From Cyanophora paradoxa CCMP329 (lineage: Eukaryota > Plantae > Glaucophyta), in the NCBI GenBank assembly GCA_004431415.1, contig QPMI01000526.1:1-64000 (forward strand): a DNA stretch of 64,000 nucleotides. Reading direction: 5' to 3'. Below, in pieces: positions 24,469 to 37,079 of this stretch. The notes under the pieces are model-generated. The model saw only the letters and a list, made by a program, of their open reading frames with translations, did not search any database and was not told the origin of the DNA. A program made the translations under genes and the position numbers. Each line of letters begins with the position of its first letter. Positions within the stretch are counted from its first letter, which is position 1.

Positions 24469-25533
24469 CGCGCTCTCTTCCTTTCCCTTTCCCTATATCT
24501 TCATTTACATGTCTGCCGCTTCCAAATGAATCTTAGAGATAGATATTCTTCCGATGTCTGCCATATAATACATTTTTGATAAAGTCATGATAGATAGGTG
24601 CTGCGTCCCCGTGCTCCTCGTCGTTCTAGTGTGACTAGTACTTCTGCATCGACGCCCTTGAGCTCTTCTACTCCTTCTCCTCGTGCTCGTTCTCCTTATC
24701 TTTTGCGTTCTTCTGATCGTGTCCCTTCTCGTGATCCCTCTTGATTCTGTATATATTTTGTGCTAGTTTACTGTATCTTTGATTTGTGATTGCTTTGTTG
24801 TCTTTAATATCACTACCTACGGGGGGTTCGCCCCACCGTAGTCTCTCAAAAAAAAAAATAGGTCTGAAAGATCTCGTTTGAGATCTTCTGGTTAAAAAAT
24901 AAGTAAGCGTCGGATTGGGTGTATTGATTTTTTTTACGGTTCGCGCGGACTCCGCCGGAGGAATATTTTATTCATTTTGCAGTGCACCTCAATATGTAAA
25001 CTGCTAATCAATGAAATATTGGTCTCTCAATATTGCTGCAGCCTGCAGGCTGTTCCGCTCTAAATTTAATTTGCAGCCGGACAGTGGTCTTTTCAGACAG
25101 GATTTTCACACATGTAGGAACTCGGGAAGTCTTACTCTTAGCTACAGATTCACTAGGAAGGCAACGCCGTTCGAATTTGATCTCTTCATTAGCTTAAGCT
25201 ATTGATTCGCACACTCATTGAAGTAGAGCACAGTAATAGATTCGCACAGAATTGTGAGGCGTAGATATACTGCACTCATAGACATACTAGACTATTTGCA
25301 TGTCATGGCTCGTTGAAACTGCAATGCACAAGGTTAACTTCGGTATCGGAAATCAAATTTGAAGCGCTGTGGCCGAGCCTCGGCCAGCCGGTGAAGCCGT
25401 TATGGTTATCAATAATATCGCTGCGCTGCGTCCCGTATACGTATCCGATGATCATGATCATGGTATATAATATTAATATTCTTCGAAGTATCAGGGGACA
25501 CGCCCTAGGAGCCACTGACTCAGCGGGTCATGT

Positions 25534-28026
25534 TCACATCACGTACAGAAGCTCAGGCCCGCCCTCCGCAGGGGCCTCCCCGGGCCCCGCCCCCTCCCCG
25601 AGCCCCCTGCACACGTCCGCGCACTCCAGCAAGCCCTCGCCCTGGGGCTACGGGGTTAGAGGGGTAAGGTCGTTGGGGGAGGTGGGGGAGGGGGGGGGGT
25701 TACAGAGTCGCATTCGTAGAGGGCGGTCGGCGGGGCGCGCGCCGCCGAGGCCTCCCGCCAAGCCCCCACCTCGTAGGCGCTCGCGAGCTCGATCTGGGGG
25801 TACATGGGCGTAAGCTCGTGAAGGGGAGGGGGGCGGGGAAAGAGGGGTACACGCCCGGCGGAGAGCAAGTCGGAGTTGCGGGCGGGATCCGAGGAGCCTC
25901 GAGACGTCCGAGGAGGGTACGCCCTGCGCGGACCTTGGTTTTGGACGTCGGGGGAAGGGAAGGGGTAGAGAGATGAGGGTACCTGCACGCCTCGAACGGA
26001 GAGGGCTTCGAGGGAGGGGGGTAGGGATGCGAGCCAGGGGCCGGGCGGGGCCCAGGCGGGCTGGGGCGGGGCCGCCTGGGCCGGGGGTACAGGCGGCGGG
26101 GGTACAGGATCGCGGCCCTCCCCGTCCGACGAGGAGCCCTCGCTCTCCTGTGCGGGGCTGAGCTGACGGGGGTACAGGCACGGCGCTGGGAGGGGGGTAC
26201 CTCCCAGCTGCCTCCCGTGTCGCGACCCCACCGCCATCTCCGGGCCTGCCGCAGGGGGTGAGTGGGGGGGAAAGCGTGGTGGGGGTACGGCGAACCTCGC
26301 GCGGGAGCTCCTCGCCCCGACCGCCAAAGGCCGCGGAGAGCGAACGAAGCTGGGGGGCGGACGAGGGGGGAGGATGTGTGGGGGAGGGGGGGGGGGAAGG
26401 GAGAAGGGGGGGAAGGTAAAGGTAGGTGGAGAACGGGGGAGGCGGGGAGCGCCGGTGAGTGGCCGCGGGCGGGGCGGGAGTACGCGGTACCTTCGTGCAG
26501 CGGGGAAGGAGCGCGTCCAGGAAGGCGCCTGCCCGGGCCGAAGCGGGCGGGGGGTACGTCGCCCCGTCCCGTTCGTCCTCGTCCCCTGGCGGCCCTTCGG
26601 TTGGCTGGTCGGACGGCCGCGTACCCCCTCAGACGGGGGGGGGGGATGTGGCGCGGGCTGGAACCCCGTACCCTCCTCGTTCTCGAGGAACACTTTGGGC
26701 AGTGCGAGGTGCTCCAAGAACCGTCCGTGCCGCCCCAGCGCCCCAGCGAGCGCCTCCAGTCCAGCCGCTGCGAGGAGGAGGGGGGTACCGAGTTACACGA
26801 GCGGGGCTACGGGAGTTCAGAGCGCGCGCACGGGTCGCGGGGCAGTGGAAGGGGCCCTCGAGCTCGAGCCGCTCGATTCCCTCCCTGGGGTGTACCGTGA
26901 GCAGTGGGAAACAGGGCCGGGCGGGACCCGAACCCGGATGCGAGGAAGGCGAGGAGGTCGGGGAGGGGTACGCGGACGCTGCCGCGGCGGAAGGCGCGCG
27001 GGGCGCGGGCGGCGGCGGCGGCGGCGCAGGAGGCGGAGAGGCGGCGGAGGGAGGGCAGGCCCCGTAGGGCCCGGGAGAGGGTACGGGATGCCAGGCGCCG
27101 CCCTGCCCAAGAGCTGAGGATCGAATTTGAAGATTGGAAAGGGGGGGTACCGCACCGTCCGGGCTGTGGAGGGAGGATTCGATGTGGAGCTCGGCCAGGC
27201 GGGGGAGGAGGGCGGAGAGGGCGGGGGCGCCCCCGCGGGGCAGCCGGGGGAGGGAGAGGCCAGTCAGGGTACCCCCGTGGCGGGCGGCCAGGGCGCGCAG
27301 GGCGGTACCCCGGACCTCCTCCTCCTCCTCCTCCTCGTCCTCGTCCCCCTCCTCGTCGTCCTCGTCGCCGGGGGTGTACCCCCGGTGCAGGAGCAGGCGG
27401 GAGAGGGCGGGGCCGCCGGGGGCCGAGGCGGCGCGGAGCCACGCGAGGGGCGTCAGGCGGGCGCAGCGGAGTTCGACGGCGGAGAGCGGAGAGGCGGAGA
27501 GGGCGCTGGGCGCGGGGGAGCCGCCCCGGAGCACGAAGGACTCGAGCGCGGGGAAGCGGGCGGCGAGGGCGGCCGCCGCGGCGTCGCTGGCGCAGGCCTC
27601 GACCTGCCGGAGGCGCGGCCAGCGCTCGGCGGCGAGCAGGAGGATCTGCAGCGTCTCCTCCGCCGCGCGCCGCTCGCCGCCCTCGGCCCACTCGGAGCCC
27701 GGCATCAGGAGCTCCTCCGCGGATGCCGCGAGGCGGGACCCGAGGCGAGCTAGGCCCGCCCGCTGCGCCGCGCACTCGCCGCCGCGCAGCAGCAGCGACG
27801 CGGCCTCGCGCGTCGGAATCACGACGGAGCGCCAGGTCTGCGCCGCGGAGCGGTCAGCGCGGGACGCCGGCGCCGGCCGCGGGCGGCGCCGGCGCGGGCG
27901 GCGCACGGCCTCTTCGACGGCGTCGGCGAGGGCGCGGCAGGCGCGGGCCGCCCGGAGCGCGTCGAGGACGGGGAGGAAGCCGGCGACGTGGCGCAGCAGC
28001 TCCGGCGGGAGCTCGTCAAGCGCCAT
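25534..28026 (-). CDS. F-box protein with LRR-like repeats (multi-exon)
   Basis: MALDELPPELLRHVAGFLPVLDALRAARACRAL is an F-box. LRR-like segments follow (WPRLRQVE, FPALESFVL, LTGLSLP, LPRLAELHI). The last exon ends ..GPELLYVM-TGA at 25534. Confidence 0.82.
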
Positions 28027-28168
28027 TCCCCACTCGCCTCGCCTCGAGCTTGGAGGCTCTGGCTCTGGTACCGGTGCGCTCTTAAGCTTTCCAGACTTGC
28101 GATGTTGCAATTGGGGCCGGGTACACGCCGCTTTCCCGGCAAGCATAAGCCAGCCGGCTCGGCGTCAA
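28027..28168. promoter_or_regulatory. Probable bidirectional promoter between divergent F-box genes
   Basis: Only 142 bp separate the opposed ATGs (28026 minus, 28169 plus). Inferred from gene layout only. Confidence 0.5.
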
Positions 28169-30755
28169 ATGGAGCGGGCGCGCAAGCGGGCGCGGCCCGC
28201 ATCGGCATCCGCGTCGACTCCGCCGGCGTCGGCTGCTGCAGCTGGCCATGGCCGCTCCATCGATATCGAGCCGCGCCTGGACGCGCTCCCGGACGACTTG
28301 CTGGAGAAGATCATCGACAAGATCGGCCTCAGAGACGTCCTTCTCGTGCGCCGCTCTCCCGAGCCCCCGGGGCGCGGCGCATGCACATTGTCTCTGACCT
28401 CTGGTGAATATGCGCAGTGCCGCCCCCACCAAGTGTGCCGCCGGCTGCGTAAGGTCACACGGAGCGTCATCTGGGACGAGCTCGACCTCGCGCCGTCCGA
28501 GACGGAGATTCGGGCGGTGGAGTCCGGCGTACGCGTGTACGACGTCGACAGCGACGAGGCCGCCGCGCGCGCCCAGCTCAGCGCGAACCACATGCGGCGA
28601 CTCAAGAGCGTGCTGGCGTCGCTGCACCCGGCGGCGGGCTTCGCGGCGTGGGGCCAGGCACGCGCCTTGCGCATCCGCTTCAGTGCCAGCTCTTTCGTAT
28701 CATCTGCAGCTGCAGCTGCAGCGCGAGACAGAGATGCGGACGATGACATCGCAGTCGAGGAGGCCTACACGACGATCAATATCGTTTCAAGCCTCGCGCG
28801 CGCATCGCCGACAATCACCACTGCCCGCGTCGAGTTTGGGCGAAGTCTTCGGAATGGTGGCTGCAACCTCGACAGAAGGCCGCGCATCTCGGTCCTCCTT
28901 GCTGCGCTCGCCGCGCTTCCACGCTTGACACGGGTGCGGCGTTTTTACTCTACTGCAGCCGCTTCAATTCTGTCGAAGTCTTTGATCTAATAAGCACGCC
29001 GCTAGCTCGAACTGGGAGGGGACGGCTCGATGGAGAAGAACGATGGGGCCTTCTCCCTTTCAGTCTTCTCCTGGACAGATCTCATCTCGAACAAGGACGG
29101 CATACTGACTGCCGTTCTTGCGTCTTTCTCTTCGCTCAAGCACATCAGCTTCCCTTTCCACTTTGGCGCCCGCCATGCCGATGCGCTCGGAGCCCTTCCC
29201 TCGCTCTGCTCGCTCGGCATCACTGTACCTGTTGGACAACTCGGCCAGGTGTCGCCCCGTCTTCTAGATCTTGCGGAGCCGCGTCTTGAGCGCACCGAGC
29301 TGCGCCTTGTCAGGCCGGTGCGGAGTGCTGCTCCCTCTTCTTGTAGACGGCCATCTTTAAACTGACTAACCGATCACGACCTCGCCCTTCGACGTCAACG
29401 CAGGGCGCGTATTCTAATCTCGTCGCAATCGACGACGCACCTGCAAGCGCCCTCGAAGCCCTCGCAGGGTCTGGCCGCGCTGTGCAGGTGTGTATTGCGG
29501 CGTAATGTACCCGTTATTCGATCATAATAAATGATTGTTATTAACATTCCGCCCACGTAGATTGTCCGGAAGCTCGAAATCGAGATGGCCGTTATGCATA
29601 ATTTGAGTTTTGAGGGAGCGGGGCGCTTCTTTGACGCGCTTGCACGGTTCTCCGGCCTCGAGAGTTTGTCTTTGAAGGTGCCCTTCTCGTCACGCCCGCG
29701 TAACGGCGCCAATTTCCGGATAGCCCCAAGTCTAAGGATCTCATAGCCCCTCGCCTTCTTTTCCGTCCTCTCTCGCCTCTTCTTTTCAAATGTCTCCATG
29801 GCCACTGTCTAAGATATTAAATCATTGTAGGTTCTTAGCGCAGAGGCCGTGCGGAGGTTCTGGCAGACCCCGGCATTCCTTGCGCGGCTCATCAACCTCA
29901 AAGAGGTCTCGATTAGGTCTGCGCTCTGTATGTTTACGGTCCGATGCTGCTTCTAACTAGATCTGACGTTATACGTACTGCTCGATGTTTCTAGCATTGC
30001 AGATTCATCGCAGCAACTTGAAATCGATTCGCGGCCACTTGCAGATGCGCTTGCCTCCATTCGAGGCCTTGCCGCAATCGATCTCCAGGTATCGATATCT
30101 GCGCATGCCTCGCTCCGGTTCTCGTGCGCTAAAATTTGCGGGGCGTGTCGCTCGAGCAACGAAGCACTTGCGATTGCAATCACTATCAATGTTTACGCTG
30201 GTAACCGCAGATGTCCGTATCTCGCGCTGCGCGGGAGTTGGCAGACCGCCTTCGTCCCAAGCTCCGCCGCTGCAACGCATCGGTATCGGAGGTAGGCGCA
30301 GGCCTAGCGCGCGGCCGCGGCCTCTGCCGCCCGCGCCTGTCATCAGGATGCATAATAGTTCCCTCCAGAAAAACGCGGGTGGAGACCTCGTGGCGGCTTT
30401 GGCGGCTTTGCAGCCGTGGGAGGGCCTGACAGTGGCGGTGCATATTTCCAGTTATGCCTCTCGCGTGCCTCTCGGGGAGCAGCCGAGAGTTCTTCGGTCC
30501 CTCGCCCGCGCCCTCGCCTCCGCTGGCCACGTCGAGCTCCGGCTTTGCGTGGAGAGCGAGGCGGACTTTGCTTGCCTCGGCATCCTTGCACCCCTCGGAC
30601 CTCGCGTGCGACCGACGGTGTGGATCAATGTTCCTGTGCCCACGGCCGTGGACAGTTACGAGCGCAATCGCGAGGAACGCGAACGCACGCAATCGCGTCT
30701 CAGGCGCTCGGCTCAAGCTCTCCTGCGCGGCTGCTTCGCACAACTGGACCGATGA
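28169..30755 (+). CDS. F-box-like/LRR protein (multi-exon)
   Basis: LDALPDDLLEKIIDKIGLRDVLL, a GTGCGC..CAG intron, then CRPHQVCRRLRKVTRSVIWDELDL (F-box). LRR-like segments follow (LPRLT, FSSLKHISF, LPSLCSLGI, FSGLESLSL). Ends ..FAQLDR*. Confidence 0.8.
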
Positions 30756-31550
30756 TAAAGCCTCGACAGCTGCAGGTAGCCTATAATACAGAGCACCTAC
30801 ATAACGTCTGTGCTGATTTCTGTAGCCTGTTTCATTTTTCTTTAGCGACCAGTACATGTCTGTGTTGTGCGGATCTGTATTTTAGTTAATGGAACTTTGC
30901 GGATCTTTTGCTTTAGAGCTCGAGTATAGATCTTGCCATGCTTCGGGCTCCGCTCCGATTGTGATCATGATCATCATGATTAGCTATAGTAGGTTCGAGC
31001 AGGAGGGCTAGAGGCCAGGGGCATCGCGAGAGGAGATATCGATATCGAGGTCACGTGCCTGTGGCCTACGAACAGAGGGAGGGCACGCCGTGCACGGATG
31101 GGCACGGGTATACGTACCGAGTAGCTATAGGGGGTGGCCGGCGGGGCGCGCGCCGCGGCGGCGCCGCCCGCCAAGACCCCACCTCGTACGCGCTCGCAAA
31201 CATGACCATCTATGTACATGTGGTGTGGTGTTCTTAACGCAATATAATATTAATCATGAGAGATCATGCATATGGCCCCATGGTGCGCCCTGCGCGGGTC
31301 TTCTTCCTTCTGCTTCCAAGGGCGGGGCGGAACAAAAATGCAAGTTGGTTCAAAGAGACGTCTACTGTGACAGAGTCTACGAAAAATGCAATTGCAATAA
31401 GAAATGTAGATCTGTAATTTCAAACAACTGGCTCCGACTGGCTCCGATTGATCTTGAGGTTGCAGACTCTGAGATCTACGTCGTGACGGCGCGACGACCG
31501 AATACAGAAAAAGCCTGAGCCTAGAGCTCGAACCCTAATGGGACGGCGAC

Positions 31551-34500
31551 CTAGTAATCGATGGAGACACCGGAACCCTCCCGCGGCACGAAGTTGAGGC
31601 GAAGGGGCTTGTCCGGATGCGCGGCCTGCGATCAAAACGAATCGGCAGACGGAGGGCTAGAACTAAAGAATGTCGATGTCTCTCAAGGGTGCGGCGCTAG
31701 TACTATCGGCGCGGCACTAGTACTATCGGCGCGGCGCGGGCGCCACGTACCACTTTGATGACGGACCTGACCGGCTCGAAGTCGCGCGCCGGCTCCACTC
31801 GGTACCTGAAATTGAAGCAAAGGTATCATCAAGTGGATGTCAACTGGCATCAAGTTGACATGCCAAATAATGATTATGGCGGATATATATGTCAAATGAG
31901 ACTCGGTGAAGTTGAAACAAATATAATGGACGGCCCGGCGGGTCGAATAGATCAATGAGCCGGCGCACTTCTGTAGGATCGTGGCCATGATCACGAGGTG
32001 CTCCTGCTCCGCGAAGCGCATCCCGACGCACATCCCTGCGCGCCGGGCTCTCGGTGTGAGACGGGCGGACGGGCGGGTGGGGGGTGGGGGGATGGGGGCG
32101 CACGGGGGCCGCGACCGAAGGGCAGGAGGACGTTGGGGTGGACCTGAGAACGAAGTGAGCCAGTGTCAGTTGGCGCTCGAGCTGGGGTAGGGCTTTTCGC
32201 GCCTTGTCGTCCATGCGCTCGGGAACGAAGCGTTCGGGGTCGGGGAAGTAGCTGGCGGGGGGTAAGGTGTCGGATTCAAATCAAAAACGTGGGCGTGTGA
32301 GGTGGACATGCGACGCACTTCGGATCCCGTGTCCGCGCGTGGAAGTTGTCCGAAACCAGCGTCTGGGGGGTACCCGATAATAAGGGTTGGCCAGGTACGG
32401 ATATACACGGATCTTGCGGCGCACCCCGGCCGGAACCTGGTACCCCCCGATGGCGATGTCCTGCTGCATGATCCGGGAGCTGCCGGGTATGAGCTTCACG
32501 AATCGGGAAGGGCGGGGGGTACGGCGCACATGGGGGGCAGGAGGGGGAAGAGTCGAAGGGTCTCGTAGAACGCCATCCTCAGTGACCTTAGTTTTCCGAT
32601 CTGGGGGTACGTGAAAGTTTGGAAGGGGAGGGGGAAGCGGGCGGGCGAGGGGATGGAGGAGTGGGGGGTACCGTCTCGCGCGAGGGGAGCTTCCCGCCCA
32701 GGACCTGAGCGAGCGGGCCGTATAAGGGGCGGAAGAGGGGTCACGCCGCTAAAAAAAAAGGATGGCGGGGGTACCGAGATTGTCTCGGCCGCGATGCGCT
32801 CCTGGACCTGCGAGGGGGAGAGCCTGAGGGGGTGCAGGGGAGCGGAGGAGGGGTATGCCGCGCCTCGGGATTGGTGGCGAGGTTGTAGAGGGCGAACTGT
32901 ACCCCGTTCGTCGTCTGCACAATAGGGGGCAAGTGAGCCTAGCTCAAGGCGAGCCGTCTGGTGAATACTCTGAAGCAAAGAAGGCTCTAGATACGTATAA
33001 TAGCTTCAGCGTTTATAATTACGGGCCGGGGGCGCGCCGTGTCGATACCGCCGCCGATAAGGTCGGCCCCGACCGCCGCCACGTCGTCAGAGGAGAGGGA
33101 CTCTTTGGCCATCAGGTACCTTTTTTTTGGGGGGGGGGTGAGTCAGGGGTAGGGGGTAGGGTGGGAGGGGGGGGGGAGGGGGGGGGCGCGAGCCGCACCC
33201 CATGAGGGGCTCGACGCGGGTGTCCTGGGGTACGCGTCCCGCCCGCTCGTACTCGATAATCTCGGCCCTGGAGGTACGGGACGAAGTGAGGGGGGGAGGA
33301 CGGCGCTCGAGGGGGTAGGGGCTCGGACCTCGTCAGGTACAGGAACTCCCGCATGACCTTTGGGGGGTATCGGTGAGCGGGAGGAGGGGAGGGCGGAAGG
33401 GGGGGGGGCAGGAGGGCGGGGGGTACCCTGTCAAACGCCCGGTAGTCGGCGGTGGGTACGTACTTCCAGAGGGGGGGTGCGAGGATGAGGCGGTTCAGAG
33501 TAAGGAAGAACTGGTGGAGGGAGTCAGCGTTGGGGGGTACGGGACGGGCTTCAGATGGGGGCTGGGAAGGATTAGGGGGTACCGTGGCGACTCCGGACAC
33601 GAAGGATCGGTACTTGGGGGGTAGCTTAGCGATCTCCGTGCCTACCATGCCGATCCGCTTCCCGTATAGGATGTAGAGTACCCCTGGAGGGCGAGGGGGG
33701 GGGATGAGTGAGGAAAAGGAAGGAGGGGAGGAGCCGAAAGAAGGCGTACCCTCCAGAGCCATAGAGTTGAGGAGGTCCGCGAGGCCCTCTACCCGTCCCT
33801 CCGCGTCACGCCTCCGGTCCAGCGCGGCAACCTTTTTTTTTGGGGGGGGGGGAAGAAGCAGTCGGGGGGTATGCGAAAGATCGTAGGCGAGGGGGTAGGC
33901 GCACAAGGTCGCGGGCGGCCTCTGCAAGGCCGTCGGAGAAGGTCGCGATCTGGGCGCGGGTTCGAATCTGGGGATCGGTATTCCGGGAAGGAGGGGACGG
34001 CACCTCGGGGGGGGACAGCAGCTTCTTGTTGAGGGGGATACGCAGGCGCCGCCACTCCTCGCCGTTGCTGCGGGGCGCGTGAGCCTCGTCCAGGTGACCT
34101 CAAGCCTTCGGCAAATCCCCTCTAGATTTGATCTACCTAGCCAGACAGAGCGTGTCCGCCGCGCGCTCGGGGCTTGCACCTCTGGGTGACACCGTTGCCG
34201 AGCTTCATGTCGCTTCGCTGCTTGAGCCTGCGCGGAGGCGTCAGGAGGGAAGGGCCGAGAGGGGCGTGGGGGGGGGGGGGGGCGGGGGTACGCGGACCAG
34301 AACTCCATGGGCGCGCGCGACGGGTCGCGGCCCTCCACGCGCCACATATCGTCCGCGATCACCGGGTCTGGGCCCGGGCGATTAAATATTAGGTCGACTG
34401 GAGGATTTGATGGGAGCCTAGGGGGGCGCGGCGCCGGGCGACGAGGCGGCGTCTAGATGATGGGGGGTGCCGGGAGGATTTGATGGTTGAGACATTGTTG

Positions 34501-35187
34501 ATGCGTTCGACCGCGAGGCGCGGGGCCGGGGCCGGGCGCATGCGGCGAATCCGGAGCGCTAGTGGAGGGGCTGGGCCGGCCCGGCCCGTGCGCACCCGAG
34601 ACCATAACGATGCGCTTGCCGAAGACCTCGAGCTGTTGAAAAGATAAGCTCCAGTGCAAGTGCAAAGTTTGCGCCACAGACCTTGTAGATCGGCCCGTAC
34701 TCTTTCTGCATATCCACCATCTTCTGGCTGCGCGCGGGATCGGCTGGGATCGGCGCGGCGCGCGGGCTCATGATTGAAAGCTTTGAGCGCACAGGACCCC
34801 GGCCGGGTTCGTGAAAGCATCCACAGCGAAGGCCGACCCAACGATCGGATAGACTGATCATGAGATGGGGCGCGGTCATGCTCAGCTGCATGCACGCGCG
34901 AGCGCGCGCCGAGTAAAAGGCGAACCAGGTGGCCCCGGGATCTCGCTGAACGGCCGGAGCGGGACGGCCGGCTGCGTAGGTTCGGCACTGACCGGCGCCA
35001 ACTCGGAGGTGGCGGCAGCCGCAGCCCGCGAGCAGGCCGCCTCCGAGAGGGGCGCCGCTCGGAACGCTCGGCGCGGCGGCATCGCCGCAGCGCCGGTCCG
35101 CGCGCCAGCCGACCGAACTATAGCTAATGAATGGGGCGCCCGGTTCAGCAGCCCGCGGGCACGCCCCGCTGCAGCTGCGAACGCCAT
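31551..35187 (-). CDS. Cytochrome P450 with an organellar-type N-terminal presequence (multi-exon)
   Basis: Spliced motifs: PFSEIPGP, KEYGPIYK, I-helix DLIGGGIDT/TT, K-helix ETLR, FVPER, and heme motif PFGRGPR/MCVGMRFAEQE. The last exon ends ..LRLNFVPREGSGVSIDY* at 31551. Confidence 0.93.
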
Positions 35188-35412
35188 TCCCTTAGCTACG
35201 GGCAGTACTGACGCTGCCGGCTGTGCGCGGGCCCCGATCCACGCACGCGTTGCTGTACCCGTGGGCGCCCAGCACTGTACCCGAGCCGCCTCACGTTTCG
35301 GACGAAGCGCGCCGCACCGACGACGCGCCGCCGATTGCATCGACTGTGAGCCAGTAGAGCTCGAATTACACACAACCAGCGAGCCCAGACCCTCTTCGAA
35401 ATCTGTGGCGAG

Positions 35413-36251
35413 ATGGCGCCGCCGCGGCTCGCCGCCGCGCTTCTAGTGATCGTTCTCGCTGCATGGCACGCATCGCCGACGGCCGGTGCGCCGCCTGCGC
35501 TCGGGAGGCGTCGTCGGTTTGCGCGCGCGAGTTGGCGGCGAGCTTACCGCCGCCCGCTCTGCGCAGCCCAAAACACGACCGCCGTTCCCATCATAGACCC
35601 GGAAGTGCTGGCCGAGGAGCTGGCCAGGGCGCTGGCGGGCCTCCCTCCGAACCCGACGCCGCTCCCAGGCGCGAGCCCGCCGCAGCCGCCTCGCAACTCT
35701 CGCTCCGAACGACCCCTGAGGCTGCTTCCGCTCCCGTGCAGGCGCAAACGGCACGCAGCTGGCGCTCAGGGACCCGCTCGACGATCAGGTCCCGGTGGCC
35801 ATCAGGCAGCAGGTGGCGGCGATAGCGGAGCTGATTCAGGCGCTCAAGTCGAGCGCGCCAGCCTCCAACACGGGTGCACCGCCTCGCCCCTCCGCCTCGC
35901 CGCGCCGCGCCGCCACGCCGCTGCGGGGGCGCGGAACGCCGAAATCTGAAGCCGAGCCGCGCAGAGTCGCCGCCGGCGCTGAGCACGGGCGGCGCCATCG
36001 CCCTAGTCTCCATCGTGGCTGTCATTTTCTTCGTCATCGGTGGCGTGACCGCCGCCGTGGTTCGCGCCGCCGCGTCCCGGCACCCGGCTTCCCGCGCACC
36101 TGACCGGCGGGCCCGCCTCCCACAGGCGCGGCGGCGGTGGCGGCGGCAGGACGTCAAGTTGCAGACGGGTATGCTGCGAGAGAGCCCCGGCCCCGGCGCC
36201 GGCGTCGAGATGTCCTCGGGCGCCCCGCAGCCCAGCGGCGTCGCCGTGTGA
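35413..36251 (+). CDS. Small type I membrane protein of unknown function (about 5 exons)
   Basis: Signal peptide MAPPRLAAALLVIVLAAWHASPTA; in-frame exons including a GC-AG intron at 35669-35741; TM GAIALVSIVAVIFFVIGGVTAA; basic ARRRWRR; stop at 36251. Confidence 0.72.
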
Positions 36252-37079
36252 TTTTAATTTGATCAGATTTGATCCAGCAAGAGAGCAGAACCGATCTGAT
36301 CCCCCTGGGCCTGGGATTTGATCTATCTACCCATCCGCGACGATGGAGGGAGGGCCAGTCCAACCCGGGTCGGCGGGGGGGGGGGGGGAGGAGGAGGAGG
36401 ATTGGGGGGGGGGGGGAGGAGGAGGAGGGGGGGGGAGGGAGGGGGAGGGGAGCTCGAGCCCTCTGGGTACATTTGGCCACGGCGAGGCGGCTAGCTGTGG
36501 TCCCCGCGATCAAGCCCAGGCCCTGTACCTCCCTCCCCCGCGGCCGCCGCGCCTCCGAGGCTCTCCTCCCCTCCCTCTTCCACCGCAGCGGTCTCGTAAC
36601 AGCGGTATGACACCCCCTTAACTAGCTTGCACCATGGCGTGGCCGGGCCGTATACGTACGCATGATGACATGCTGCGACTCAACTGTTGACATGATGACA
36701 TGCCGTACGTAGTATACTTATAGTAAATTGTTAGGACCAGTGATTACAGTCTTCTAGCTATAGATCCGGAGTACTGCGGAAAGGTACAGTACGTCTAGTA
36801 CCCTAGATCTCAGAGTCTAGATCTAGATCCGAGGGCACTATAGCTACATCATGCATAGCTACGAGAAAGTAAACATAATAATTATGATACGAACATGTGC
36901 CTTCATTATCTTAGTAGTCTCGATACCGATTGACGAGCCTCGGGGAAACGAAAGTTCTATAGATACTAGAGATAGATATCGATCTAGAGAGCAAGTTGTA
37001 TAGTACTTGTTGCGAATTACCGTAGTAGTATTACATCAGCTTTTTTAGCAGAATAGAAAGTTAATGGATCGCGAACTAG

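Noticed and set aside
27134-28168. 5' part of the 618-aa plus-strand ORF
   Set aside because: Antisense to the minus-strand F-box gene; the plausible start is ATG 28169.
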